A stretch of 58,377 bases of DNA, the filler included, from Squatina squatina (lineage: Eukaryota), in assembly GCA_031763465.1 (NCBI GenBank). It is 4 parts of 4 records of this genome, joined end to end, with 100 filler letters (N's around TTAATTAATTAA, not from the genome) between each part and the next. Parts side by side here need not be neighbours in the genome. Positions count along the whole stretch, not along the records: positions 1 to 12,319 come from JARFOE010000016.1; positions 12,420 to 26,595 come from JARFOE010000073.1; 2 more parts are not named here. One strand, written 5' to 3'. The notes under the pieces are model-generated. The model worked only from the letters and a program-made list of their open reading frames with translations. It made no database searches and was not told the origin of the DNA. Numbering within the stretch: position 1 is the first letter of the stretch; each line of letters begins with the position of its first letter. The translations under genes and the position numbers were made by a program. Positions 10,128-21,985 of the stretch are shown here, in pieces.

Positions 10128-12182
10128 AATAAAGTTCAAGTATTAGTGTTTCGCTCCCTTGTAAAACATTCCTCTGTGTTATTTTTGGCCAGGTGTTAAC
10201 CCATTTAGTTTAATGGCCCACCCATTAACGATCACTATTACATTTGTAAACTCACATGCTTTGACCCCTGTCTGATTGGAATCTACAAATAAAAGCACAG
10301 TAATCTGGTTAGCTGAGAGTCAATGGCTACTGGAGTTTCAATCCAGACAACCTGACTGCACCTCCTAAACTGCAGAAACAATAATCTTCCCCCAGAGATA
10401 CTTCTGGCTCCCGTCCATTTAAAATTCACAGTTAAAAAAATNNNNNNNNNNACTTTGATACCATCACAGGCAAGAGCTGCGGGATGTAAGCAGCCTCAGA
10501 ACTTTGAGGTAAGTCAGGAATTCTACCATTTGGCCCTGTTTATATGAAATTCCTTTGTCTGCTATTTCAAGAAGGTTCTGGTGGGTTCAAAGTAAACACG
10601 GTGCTGCTTCGATTAAAATGGAAGGTCTCAAGCGAGTGGTTTAAGTCTCTGTGCGCTCATATGGGAAGCGTGCAATTTCNNNNNNNNNNNNNNNNNNNNN
10701 NNNNNNNNNNNNNNNNNNNNNNNNNNNNNNNNNNNNNNNNNNNNNNNNNNNNNNNNNNNNNNNNNNNNNNNNNNNNNNNGATGTCTCCCCGGGAACATCA
10801 TTCCCGCCCGGGGTGATCGCAATTTCAGGGCCAATATTTGGTTGTAAAGATCGTTGCACCGTTCTGAGCATGTAAGGTGTTATATAAGTTTTAAATCCTT
10901 TCATACAACTATGAGGATCCCTCCACAGACATCTCATTTCAAGGCTGAAACGTCCAAGGGGTAAATTTTTTACCTTCATCGCCTGGGCAGTAATCTGACA
11001 GAGAGGGCCGCTGGGCCTTTCGAGAACCCACTTCATTTTCAGTCCTCATTGATTTCAATTGAATGAATATCAGGTGGTTTCTCTATTTGTTGGTATTCCG
11101 CATTTCCCCCAACAAAATCTCCATCTCCCCCCTGGCTCTGTTGCCAATTATCTTAATCTGTGCCGTCTGGTTACCGACTCTCCTGCCAGTGAAAAAATTA
11201 TCTCCTTATTTACCCTCTCTGTGCATATTTGTTTGTGACAACAGAGATTTGACCGAAAACTGTGATTTTAAGAACGGTCCCAGAGCATCTTATTAGGGAA
11301 ACATAATTGAAGCGGCACAGCCGAGCCAACATGGAACATCTGGTCGGTTTATAACACAGTATTTGGCCCCTATAGGCCTGTTATATTGGAGTACAATGCC
11401 TTTTTTGTACATCCGAAGCCGAATTTTAAGTAGCTGCTTCTGTTTTTTGTTAGACTTCCTAACTTACAAAGAATTGTTTTCATGGCTGAGTGAATATTGA
11501 AAGTAGTGAGATGTAATTATTCCAGGGGAACCCTTGGGCTTTGGGTTTGAAGCAGGTTGACGTTGGCCGAGGCCTGGCAGGGAGCCATATTTCCACTATG
11601 GACCACGGGTTACGATAAACCAGAGACTAGAAAGAAAGACGCGGTTTGTTTTAAACATAAACTTGAATGTTTTTATTAGGATCTGGTAACAAACGTCACT
11701 AGGAACAACCTCACAAGGGTGCCCCAAAGCTTCAAACCCTATTTGAAAGACTGAAGGAATTCAGGATACTGACTGACAGGAATTACCACGATAAGACAAA
11801 GACATTGATTCAAGCTTATGGCTTTCTCGAATCCAGTCATTGCCTGGCGTTGTGAGTGGGGTTGTTTTACAAAGGAAACTGGTGTGACATTTCATATAAG
11901 CCATTGAATGGTAAGGTGCTTTCCAGATGAGCAAGGGGCTTAAAGAGAGCAAAGGTTATCCAATAGTCACATGTCTATATTGATTAACTGAGAAAACTAT
12001 AAAACGAGATGAAGAACAGCAGCAACTCACAAATGTGCTTCATGTGCAGGAACTTCCAAATATCCGGTTGCCTCAATCTTGCCTCAGGACCATTAAGTTG
12101 TGGGTTCAAGCTCCACTCCAAGATTGGAGCACATAATCTGGGCAGTACCAAGGGAGTGTTGCCTTGTTTGAGGTAAAGCATT

Positions 12183-12319
12183 CAGAACATAAGAAATAGG
12201 AGCAGGAGTAGGCCATTCGGCCCCTTGAGCCTGCTCCGCCATTCAACAAGGTCATGGCTGATCTTCTACCTCAATGCCATTTTCCTGCGTTATCCCCATA
12301 TCCCTTGATGCCTTTTATA
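12183..12319 (-). mobile_element. CR1 (HER1-type) LINE 3' end
   Basis: agaacataagaaataggagcaggagtaggccattcggccccttgagcctgctccgccattcaa...catggctgatc; the same tail occurs on + at 37435-37582. Confidence 0.85.
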
Positions 12320-12419
12320 NNNNNNNNNNNNNNNNNNNNNNNNNNNNNNNNNNNNNNNNNNNNTTAATTAATTAANNNNNNNNNNNNNNNNNNNNNNNNN
12401 NNNNNNNNNNNNNNNNNNN
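12320..12419. other. Artificial scaffold spacer 44N-TTAATTAATTAA-44N
   Basis: Palindromic 12-mer with TAA in all six frames, centred in exactly 100 positions; identical at three sites. Confidence 0.97.
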
Positions 12420-12599
12420 GACGTAACTAGATAAATGACTGAGAAAAGTACAATTTGGTCACATGAATACAATTGTTAAAAACCTTAATTACAATTATTT
12501 ACTCCTTTGATGTATTTGGTCGTGTAATTATTATATGACTTATCCTTGTAAATTCAAATTGTATTATTACATTTTCAATTTTAGCTTTGTTTTCCCTCC

Positions 12600-12895
12600 T
12601 CTTCTGAAATTGCTGGTTACTGTTCCACAGCAGCCTTTGATAACCTGTCCAAGCAGTATTATTCCTGCATGAACCTTGAAAGAGATTATCAGAGTTCTAT
12701 TCCACGATAAGGGGCACCATAGCCAAGCAAATTCCTGTCCTTACCTGATGTCCACACCTGTACATGTTGCATTTGGAGCTACTGAATATTACCGGGAATG
12801 GAAGTTTTGGTTGATTTTTCTTCTCACGAGGTCAGAGACAAGACCAGTGAAGTCTGTTACCTCAGCACAGACCAAAGATCAAACCTAGAACCTTG
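12600..12895 (-). mobile_element. Second, degraded SINE-like repeat family
   Basis: The reverse complement shares motifs (gtgtggacatcaggtaaggacagga; gagaagaaaaatcaacc) with 16460-16745 (+). Confidence 0.4.
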
Positions 12896-13280
12896 CTAAT
12901 GAATGGAACTATTTTAGTGGATAGGCTGATGGCCTTGGAGCCTTATTTCTGCCTTAGTTTCCAGCCTGCACACACTCCAACTAACACCAATAAAATAACC
13001 TACCAACACTGAGAAATAACACCAGCAGAAATCTATAAATACACAAGATGATAATAAATGTAATTTCTTCAAAAGGAAAGATATTTGTTTAAAATGAGAT
13101 TCAGAAAACCTCATCCATTCCTTTTTTTAAAGTGTTGAGCTTTCTTCAAGTCAGATTTCGTACTCAGGGCTTTGCAAGAATTTTTCCTGGACCTGAAGAT
13201 TCTCTGGCACAGTAACAACACATATTTAAAGGCACTAGTTCCTTTGCACATTGGAATGAAAAAAAAAATGGGATACGTAC

Positions 13281-13318
13281 TTAGCACAATCCAGATGCAC
13301 CGTGGTTCTGACTGTAGC
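13281..13318 (-). CDS. Uncharacterised secreted-type protein, visible exon D (38 nt): G-LQSEPRCIWIVL
   Basis: Acceptor ttttctttcattcag and donor gtacgt; the phase-2 start matches the end of the previous exon (TCA GG|). Confidence 0.75.
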
Positions 13319-13509
13319 CTGAATGAAAGAAAAATGAACAAACAGGAAGTTTTTCTTTTGGAGCGGTGGTAAAAGCTTTGAATTTTGCAGCTGGTCGATT
13401 TATCAAAAATGTAAAGTTTCTTCCTGCCCTGCAGGACCCTGACTAAACCTTAACCTCCACAGGGCAATGCATCTCCATTGGAAGAGTCAGTACCACAGAG
13501 TGAAATTCA

Positions 13510-13765
13510 CAGAACTCTATTTTTAGCACTTTCAACTCTGAGTCAGAAGCTTGTGGGTTTGAGCCCCATGCCAGGACCTAAGCACATAACCTAAGCTAAC
13601 ACTCTGATGCAGTATTGAGGGAGTGCTGAATTATCACAGATGTCCTTCAGATGAGATAGCAAACAGTTTCGGCGGTTTGAATGTTTATTGAAGATTCCAT
13701 GGCACTATTTGAGAAAGAGCACGGAATTCTTCTGGTGTCCTGGTCAACATTACTCCTATAACCAA
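13510..13765 (+). mobile_element. SacSINE1-like SINE, 5' half
   Basis: ctctgagtcagaagcttgtgggtttgagcccc head, gcagtattgagggagtgctg, ccatggcactatttgag...ggtgtcctggtcaacatt. Confidence 0.7.
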
Positions 13766-14278
13766 GCTTACTAAGGTCATGATGGAGGTACGAGAGCCAA
13801 ACAATTGATTGCATTGTGGCCTGGGTAAGAAATTAGCCAAGAGAGGGGTAGTTTGGGTTTGTGGAGCTTCAGTATGGGAGTTTCAGAATAAGGAATTTCC
13901 ACTCAGGTGGAAGGAGGTGGGGGAGTGGGGGCACGGGGGGAGGGTGGTGGGGTGACGGGGTTTAGACAAGGGCTTTCATTTTTATTTTTCTCTAAAGTTA
14001 TGCTCCCACAGTTTTTATTGCAAAATATAAATACCCACATTCATAATATTTATAATTTACATATGTATATATATACAAATTCCCACTACTTCAAGCAAAG
14101 ATTCCTTTGATCAAAGATCCCTTTGCTTTTCGATGGAGACTCATATCTTATTAAACCCAGAGAACATATCATGAATGGAATTGGACAGAAATTAAAATGA
14201 TTGTGTTCTCCCAACCCCAAGAAAGTGTAAGTCTGACAATGGCCCCTCTAGCAGGGGTTGCTGTAGGTTATCCTTTAC

Positions 14279-14440
14279 CCTGATGAAGTCGTTGAGAGAA
14301 AGCACACTGGAACTTGTTTTGGAGCATCATGGACTCCCATTGACCAAAAAACATTCACTGACACAGATCTGTCATCGTTGACACTCCACGTATCTGATTT
14401 GTGTAATCCATGCGGACCCACTACCGTAAAGGCTGTGATT
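14279..14440 (-). CDS. Uncharacterised secreted-type protein, visible exon C (162 nt): R-ITAFTVVGPHGLHKSDTWSVNDDRSVSVNVFWSMGVHDAPKQVPVCFLSTTSSG
   Basis: Acceptor cttcttgtttgacag and donor gtaaag; open frame; phase 2-2, compatible with both neighbouring exons. Confidence 0.8.
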
Positions 14441-14941
14441 CTGTCAAACAAGAAGAGAAGAGAAGAGTTAAGGAGTGGCCCTTATCCCTCAATATTTAAT
14501 ATTGTTTTCCTTTACAAAGCACTATAGCCAATAGTTCGTGCAGTAAAGGTGAGGCCTCTTAAGGGATGAGAATGACTGAGTAGAATTCATGAGCTGATAA
14601 TGATGGACATCAGAGCCTACACCTCTTCCTATGGTGTGGATGGGAAGCCCATGATAGAAGAGCCATCCATTGTCGGAGCCTTCTGCAAAAAGGACTGGCA
14701 CAGTGAAAGACTTAAGAGAGTTCGAGTGGGACTGGGACTCGGTGACCATGATTCTTTGGTTGGGAGCAGCTGAAAAATTGTCAACCAAATCAGTTAACTG
14801 TCCCCTCAGTTGAGAAACATTAATCAATACAATTGCTGACTGAAGTCAGTGGGCGTAAGGTTATAACCTCGAGCAGGTAGCAATGCTAATTTGAGTGGAC
14901 AATCTATGTCATTAGTAGTATTTCCAATGTAAAAGAGCTAC

Positions 14942-15083
14942 CTTTCATTTAGACTGATGGCACTTATTGTAAAGGAAACCTCATCATAAAGTGAAGCTGG
15001 TATTCTTGCTCCATTGGGAGGCGTTGGATGAATAAACACAGGACGAAAGGTTCCAAATGCACATTCTGATATAGCCCTGTCCA
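14942..15083 (-). CDS. Uncharacterised secreted-type protein, visible exon B (142 nt): VDRAISECAFGTFRPVFIHPTPPNGARIPASLYDEVSFTISAISLNER
   Basis: Acceptor tctttctgttgttgcag and donor gtagct; phase 1-2; carries a C..G..RP.F..PTP.NG motif. Confidence 0.8.
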
Positions 15084-15957
15084 CTGCAACAACAGAAAGA
15101 CAGTTACACAGGTGCAGAGTGCATTGTATAGCATATATCACAGATAAGGTTACTGTTGCTCACAGTGTCCCTATCACTGCTAATGTCAAGCTCAGTAGAA
15201 TCTGGAAATTATAAGGAGCGATGTTACTGTAAGAATGTTTAACACTTACATAGAATTCTTCTCTCCGCTATTTTAACAGAGACATGAACTCAAAACAGGT
15301 TACCACCTCCATTAAAATATTGGATCAATGAGATCGAACGTTTGTATAATAACATCACTCACAGTAATTTCCAGTCTTAACTTCCCCAGACAGTAATCCG
15401 GGTTGCTGATCGTATCTCTACTAATGTTCATCTGGTTCCCTCATGCTATCAGGTTCAGTCGGTTCTCCCAGACAGCACTGTGTGTTACTGGCAACATTAA
15501 CCTGGAGGTGGTGGGACCACTACAGCGAAAGACTGCCTGCGTCACGCACTGTTAAAGGCAATTTGGGTTAAAAATAAAAGTTTTCTGACATAAGTTCATT
15601 GCGCACTCTGTGAGAATGAAACATCATTGTGTCAGAACATCAAAGTTTCCTGGTTCCGCAGTAGAGGTGCCATGGGAAGCATTAGGACACAGGAGGGTTG
15701 GCCTGGGAGAGATTATGAGATTTTTATTATGTCCTCATGACAGATGGGAGAAGATCTGGCGGGATAAACTGTAAAAATCGGGGAACACATCAACAACCTG
15801 CTGCGTACGCACTCGTTGCGGTAGGAAACGAGGACTGCAAGTGTCCCATCTTGGAGAGGGGGGAACTTCATTATCAGATTTAGATCTGGCTCCTACAGTG
15901 CAATTGGGAGCCTGATATAAACGTAACCGTTGCTGGCCAGGTTTCCCNNNNNNNNNN

Positions 15958-16351
15958 GGGCTCAGGAAACCTGGCAGCAAAAGGGGGGCGGGCACTGCCA
16001 GCTCGAGAAGGCGGGCCAGGAGGAGCAGGAGTGCTCTCCCCATCCCCTCAATGTAGCCTTCAGCCTTCCTCATGTCGATCGCGGCCTCTGCCATAATCGG
16101 CGACTCCTGCCCTCCTATCTGCAGCCTAGCCTGCGATCTCCAAAGGTCCCAGGCCGTGGTCTCCTGCCACTGGTTGTTCTGTCTGGCAGCCGGCCGGTCT
16201 GTCAATTTGGCCGGCTGGCGGGTGGGAAATGGAAGAGAAAAATTATAATGTGCTCCTGCCATTAAATTCAGCAGGACCTCCGTGTCCCCGGCCTCGCTCT
16301 ACTGCGCTCCTCTGCATCCTCCCTGCCTCCCTCCCCATAAATATCGGGGCC
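15958..16351. mobile_element. GC-rich putative non-autonomous DNA transposon fragment
   Basis: Abrupt CpG-rich block ending in aaatatcggggccc; similar ends at 10820-10833, 50280-50293, 50950-50960 and 55390-55402. Confidence 0.4.
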
Positions 16352-16459
16352 CACCGTTCTGGCAGCCATTAAACAACAATAATATCTGTCCAGGAATGTG
16401 TTAATAAGCTCTTTCCTGGTTCAATGTTTGATTCTTTCTACAGTTCACATCAATTAAGC

Positions 16460-16745
16460 CAGAAAGACCAGAGGATACCACGTTCAATCAACGGCCGAAT
16501 TAGCCAGGACATCATTGGGGGTATCTTAATTGACTTAAGCAATTCTGTACCAGGAAGGGGAACAAACAGCCAAGTTTCCAGCTCCTGACCCCTGCTGCAT
16601 GTGCAGTAGTCAAGTGAGGACAGAACAGGGCTTTGTGTGTGGCAGGCATGCACACGAGTAGCCTTGCTAACACTCTCCCGGGTTCATGGGTGAAGAGGCT
16701 CTGGAAGCCTGTAGTTGATGGTGGAACCGTTCCCATTTGGCAGGA
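16460..16745 (+). mobile_element. Second SINE-like repeat family
   Basis: Homologous by eye to the reverse complement of 12600-12895. Confidence 0.4.
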
Positions 16746-17067
16746 GGGATATGGGAGGGGAAGCGAGTCCTTTTCTGCCGTCAGTATTTTGATTTTGTGT
16801 GTGGATGTGCTTCTCATGTCTGTGGTTATTGTTTTTCCAGGTGACTGGGATTGTGGGGCGAGCAGACGTGTTAGCTTGTGTCCTCTTCCTGTTGGCTTTT
16901 CTCTCTTATCTTAGGTGCGTACAACTTGTGATTGCTCCATTAAACTAATAAACTGCTTGCAGATTTTTTTTAAAGTAAATAGACCATATTTCTTGTTTCT
17001 GTACATGGTGTTTTAAGTTTTATTTTTTCTAATTGTCCTGGAGTGATTGGTAGTTTTAAATTATAAG

Positions 17068-17241
17068 TAGAGTGACCAGATCTTAAGATTTCCAAACGTG
17101 GCATGTGCAGTCAGGGCTCCATCTTTCACTTGCTAGAGACTGGAACATTTCAGCGATTTTCAGATAATTGTTGGGACACCAGGATGTTTACTGAATACCC
17201 GGGAGACTGTCCTGGAAAAACTGGGAAGTCTGGTCACCCTA
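17068..17241. mobile_element. Complete 174-bp hAT-type MITE
   Basis: TIRs TAGAGTGACCAGA / TCTGGTCACCCTA (12/13 match), flanked by the 8-bp duplication attataag (17060-17067) / attataaa (17242-17249). An 8-bp TSD is typical of hAT. Confidence 0.88.
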
Positions 17242-17919
17242 ATTATAAAATATTTTTGGTATGAAATCAAATTCAATATTCTAAAAATTGATAATTCCCA
17301 AAGACCATTTGGAGTCACTGGAACACCAGTGGCCCTAAACAGGAGATGGGTGAGCCATTAAAACTGCTCTCAATATCACTGAGACAATGGAGGTTGTGAA
17401 CACATTTGAACAATGATATTTAACTGTGTCAGAAGGCTTCATTTGTGACTTAAGAGACTCTGCATTTAGGCAACAACTGAAGGTAAGCAAATGCAAACAA
17501 GACAAGAGATCTTGTTGCTGTGGTTCTGGCATGTAGATCCCACACAGATATCAAACGAGGATCACAGGACTAATACAGGGTCAGTTCATTCTTGGCCTTG
17601 GCTGTTGATTGTACCTTTAGGTATGACATGATTAAATTCAATTATACTGTATAGTGACAAAATCCCTTGGGTAATATTGCAAGCTTGCCATCATTTTAGA
17701 AAGAANNNNNNNNNNNNNNNNNNNNNNNNNNNNNNNNNNNNNNNNNNNNNNNNNNNNNNNNNNNNNNNNNNNNNNNNNNNNNNNNNNNNNNNNNNNNNNN
17801 NNNNNAAACAGCCTCTAAATGTCACTGTCTGTGTTTATGCATGAAGAATGGGCACTTGAGAGATGTACTGGGAGCTTCGCCAGGAGAGGAGAGGAGCAAA
17901 CTGGAAAAAAACTGCTTAC

Positions 17920-18130
17920 CAATTATCACAAATTGTACTGGAATGGAGCTTAAGGCTTTAGTGCTTTGATTGAATGACGTAGAGGAAGCCTCTTCAAAAG
18001 CAGAGTGCACCGTCTGTGTCCCATCACTGTGCGTCAGGACGATGGTTTCTCTTGGGTAGTCTTCAATCATCAGTTCTATGCTGTATGTGCCATAAGTCCC
18101 ACTCCCATTGTATTGAAGGACACAGCGTTC
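17920..18130 (-). CDS. Uncharacterised secreted-type protein, visible exon A (211 nt): ERCVLQYNGSGTYGTYSIELMIEDYPRETIVLTHSDGTQTVHSAFEEASSTSFNQSTKALSSIPVQFVII
   Basis: Acceptor ataattttgcag and donor gtaagc; phase 0-1, matching the next exon; two N-glycosylation sequons (NGS, NQS). Confidence 0.82.
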
Positions 18131-18996
18131 CTGCAAAATTATTTCAGTAAATATCAACATGTGCTCTCCAAATCCTAACACTGTTGAAATCAAGGCTTGC
18201 TTCAGGGTCTCCTACTTTAACTCATTCATACCCAGAGTTCCAATCCTGTGAGCTCCCTACCTTCCTCCGTCTTTCTTTCCTTCTACAATCGTTAGGCTTT
18301 TAAAACCCAAGCTTGGTGTCACCTAGATTTAGTTTATCTGCTCTTCTACACTTGCCAGCCTTGGTGATGTCCTACATTATGGCGTTGACCTTTCACCCTA
18401 GTTTCTCAATGAAAAAAAAACAAGAAACAGAGACTTAATCATCATCAGCAGGACATTACTGTGCGATGGAATTGCATTCCTTCATTGACACTGGCAGTAT
18501 GATCAGAAAGATTGCAACAGCGCCAATAAACCACCAATTAAGAAAATAATTCAAATCAACATTAATTTTATTTTAAGTACATCTGCTGCCCAACACCCAG
18601 CTGATGTGATTTTCATGTGGGCCTGTAAATGGGTGCCCAGCATTTCTACCTGAAACAGGCGGGAGACTGATTGCAGATTCAAATCAGAGTCCTACACAGG
18701 CTGTGGGATCCTGTCGCAATGTTCTAATACCAGCAGGAAGAGTGTAGCGCCACATATGCTCTGCCCATTTGTATCAGGTGGTGGGCGGCCGGAGGCCGCT
18801 CCAAAAATAACTTGAAACTTTTTCGGTGGGGGTGGGGGGTCTTTGCCGGAATCCTCCTCCTGGTCCCACAAAAATACTATAGCTGTCTGTTAGCCANNNN
18901 NNNNNNNNNNNNNNNNNNNNNNNNNNNNNNNNNNNNNNNNNNNNNNNNNNNNNNNNNNNNNNNNNNNNNNNNNNNNNNNNNNNNNNNNNNNNNNNN

Positions 18997-20480
18997 TGAG
19001 TGAGCTCAGCACGAATATCACCAGCCACTGACTCCAGTGCAGTTGCAAAACATTGTGTTGCTGCGACCTGTGCTGCATTGGAGGATGCCACATCGCCCAT
19101 GAAACGAGTCATGAGCGCTGATCTAGAAGGTCTCCATGAGAGTCCATCAACATCCAAAGACTACCAATGATAGGTGCAAAGGTCTGTGCAGAGCACTGCT
19201 CAACTCAGGAGCTAGAGTCCTCTACAGTCCTGATCAACTGTGCCATGTTCTGGCACCCTTGCCATTGCATCCATCAAACTCTGATGCATGGCCATCACTC
19301 AAGATATTCAATTGATTTGACTTCAGCAGGACTTGTGCCAAGTGTCCCCCAGATACATGCACCCACCCCCCAAACCAAGTTTCACTTTGCTGCTGACCCT
19401 GCTGCAGCCCACTACTTTCCAGTGCATTGTAGTGTGAACCTTTCTGGAACATATATGCATGTCTGAGCTGGTGCTGCGTGAGTGGAGTGGTGACAAAGCT
19501 ATCATTATCCCCTCTGCCTCTGATGTCACCACACTCTTCCCCCTCAGTCACATTGCTGGGCAGCAGAGCTGGCATGTNNNNNNNNNNCAGTCTTGGGATC
19601 AGGGGGAAGGCAGGAGCATGAGGCATTAAGGATGACCACAATGGTAACAGATCCATTAATGTAGCTTTATGCACTGATGGAAATGTCGCTTTATAAGAGG
19701 TCAGTGAGGGTGGCGGGGCGGAGAGAAAGAGAAGGGGTGGGCCTCTGCAACTGCTCGCTACCTTGGCCGGCAAGTGGAACGAGTGTTTCAGTATCACTGC
19801 AGATAAGTATGGTGCGCTTGTGATGGAGATATTGTCCTGACTGTAGGCAGATGAGAAGTTATCTATGAGTGACACATACTGACTGCATGTATTCTTAACA
19901 TCTCCATATATACACACACAATGAGCAGTATCTCAACCACAGCAGATGTNNNNNNNNNNCTCTCCTCCAGGTTAGTGAGGGGGATAATGGAGGGTGGGCC
20001 TCTGTCAGTCCGCCTGTGCTCAGTGCGATTCTCCATTACCTTGGCCTGCAAGTGAAACGACAGTGTTTCAGCATCATTACAAATAAAGATAAGCATGGTG
20101 CGCTTGTGATGGAGATATTGTCATTATTGTTGGCAGATGAGATGATTATAACTTATTTTTGAGTGATGCATACTGACTGCATGTATTCTTACCATCTTCA
20201 TATGTACAGAGACGAGTAGCATCTCAGCCACAGCAGATGTGCCACTCACCCACACCAATCTTGTTAAATCATTAAACTTCTTCCAGTACTGGTTCAGTGT
20301 CCTCTCAATGTCAGACACTGAAATCTTGGTAGCAATCAACTGCCACATTGAACGCTAGAGGGTCCTGATCATCTACCTGATTGAGGTTACAGCTGTGCCC
20401 TCCTGCTCTCAAGGCCACCAAGGTGTCAAGCACTGCATCCGTGAACCTCTGACGCCTTCTACTTAAATGTGCCATTTCTG
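18997..20480 (-). mobile_element. Decayed spliced Myb/SANT (NAIF1/MSANTD-like) partner gene of a Harbinger transposon
   Basis: MAHLSRRRQRFTDAVLDTLV...WQLIATKISVSDIERTLNQYWKKFNDLTR, then donor gtgagt (about 20250), acceptor ttgcag and AKVMENRTEHRRTDRGPP...LTNLEE. Later Ala-rich segments are homologous to 3282-3790. Confidence 0.78.
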
Positions 20481-20846
20481 ATAATGAACGTTGACTTCTA
20501 GTTACCAAGAATGAGACCATTGAGCTGTGGAAGGCTGAACCCACAAGCTTTTAATAGAACCAAGTCAGTGGCAATGTAATTGATTAATTACATGGGTAAC
20601 ATTAAAGTGGTTGAGAATTCACAAGAGCACCCCTCCAGTACCTCACAGCAGCTCAATGCCTGCATTTCTGAAAAACCTTGAATTCGGCGACTCCTGGGCT
20701 ATGTGAATGCCAGATGCTACTGGGGCACTATTGTGTGCAGTTGTGTCGGGATCACAGCGCTTATGAATTTCAGGCCCCTAAACTCCTTAGTTGGCATACT
20801 AAAACCAACACCCTACTTGGTATGTCACAGGCTTGCAAACACATAC

Positions 20847-20992
20847 CTTTAGCATGTTTTCTAGCTTAACAGCATCAGCTGAAAACTTGCGGATCCCATC
20901 AGACAACTTTTCTACAGCCATCTGGTCCTCATTGTGACTCCAACGAAATGCCTGTTCATTCATTTCAACTTTTTGTAGGTTCACCCCTTGGG
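20847..20992 (-). CDS. TALDO1: Transaldolase, penultimate coding exon (146 nt; human exon 7 equivalent)
   Basis: [49 protein letters not shown]; AG/GT boundaries; phase matches the exon at 22790-22987. Confidence 0.96.
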
Positions 20993-21892
20993 CTGCACAA
21001 GAAGAAGAGAACTTAGATGTTTGTAAATTTGCATTAACAAATTGATTGCATAACCTAAACCAGAAATTAAAGCTTTTAGACAGCCAGCTGATAGAGAAAT
21101 TGATGATTTTAGGTTACATTATTTTGCAAGGTTAAGAAAGAGCACCAAAACACCTTAAAAACACCAAGAGCTTAATTACAATAACCCTAAACTATAGATA
21201 TAAAATGTTAATTAAAACTGCACTGGTCTTTACTTTCAATTTTGCCCTCTTTTCTGCAGAGGCTGTCACCACACATTTTGAAGGTGGGAATAACTAAACT
21301 GATTTGGAGCCAGCTTTCTCAAAGGTCAGTGCACCCTCTCCTTCCTCCCCACCCCCAAAGACCGTTCATGTTCAAAATACACATGAGCCTGCATTGTAGG
21401 CTCTACTGCCCAATGAGCATACTAGTCAACAACACAACCTCCATCACCCAAGAATGGGTCCAAGTAAAACTAGTCCAAAGCATGCCAAGAGTGAAGACAA
21501 ATAGCTAGGATTCTGCAAAGGGGATGCATTCATTGTACCAAAGAAAATAAGTGCAATTGGCATAAATTGTGGTCCATACCCTGGTTCAGAATTATCCCAA
21601 GCCCTCCAATTCCACTTCCTAAAACTACACTTGGTCTTAAGTCCCTTTGAACAATGATATAATGGATCTTCCATACTAAAACTTAAGGGAGAAAGGATAG
21701 AAATTCAGACACCATGTTGGTGCACATTAAATGCTGATGGGCTTTCATCTGAAAAAGCATCCCCTCAAAATTCAGGTAGAAATGGAGATGGAGGACATTC
21801 CACTTTTGAAGTCAACAAGCCACAAAAAGCAGTTTTATTTCAGACAATAGCTCTTGTAGAAACTCTGCAGCTTACATTTGTTAATCAGTTTA

Positions 21893-21985
21893 TACTGTTC
21901 TGATGAAGGTTCATCAATCTGAAACATTATCTATATATGGATGTTGCCTGATCAGCTGAGTGTTTTTATTTCAGATTTCTAGCAT
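21893..21985 (+). mobile_element. Penelope-like terminal repeat remnant with a hammerhead-like core
   Basis: CTGATGA-aggttcatcaatct-GAAAC followed by gatgttgcctgatcagctgag...atttcagatttctagcat; homologous to 41590-41715. Confidence 0.6.

Noticed and set aside
12364-12375. TTAATTAATTAA as a piggyBac TTAA site or homeobox motif
   Set aside because: Embedded symmetrically in Ns three times; an artificial linker.
13165-13195. Possible tiny terminal exon (SPGKILAKP*) of the uncharacterised gene
   Set aside because: In phase, but the acceptor has a weak pyrimidine tract and there is no homology support.
14522-14827. 101-aa minus ORF
   Set aside because: Lies in the intron between two exons that already splice in frame; no recognisable motif.
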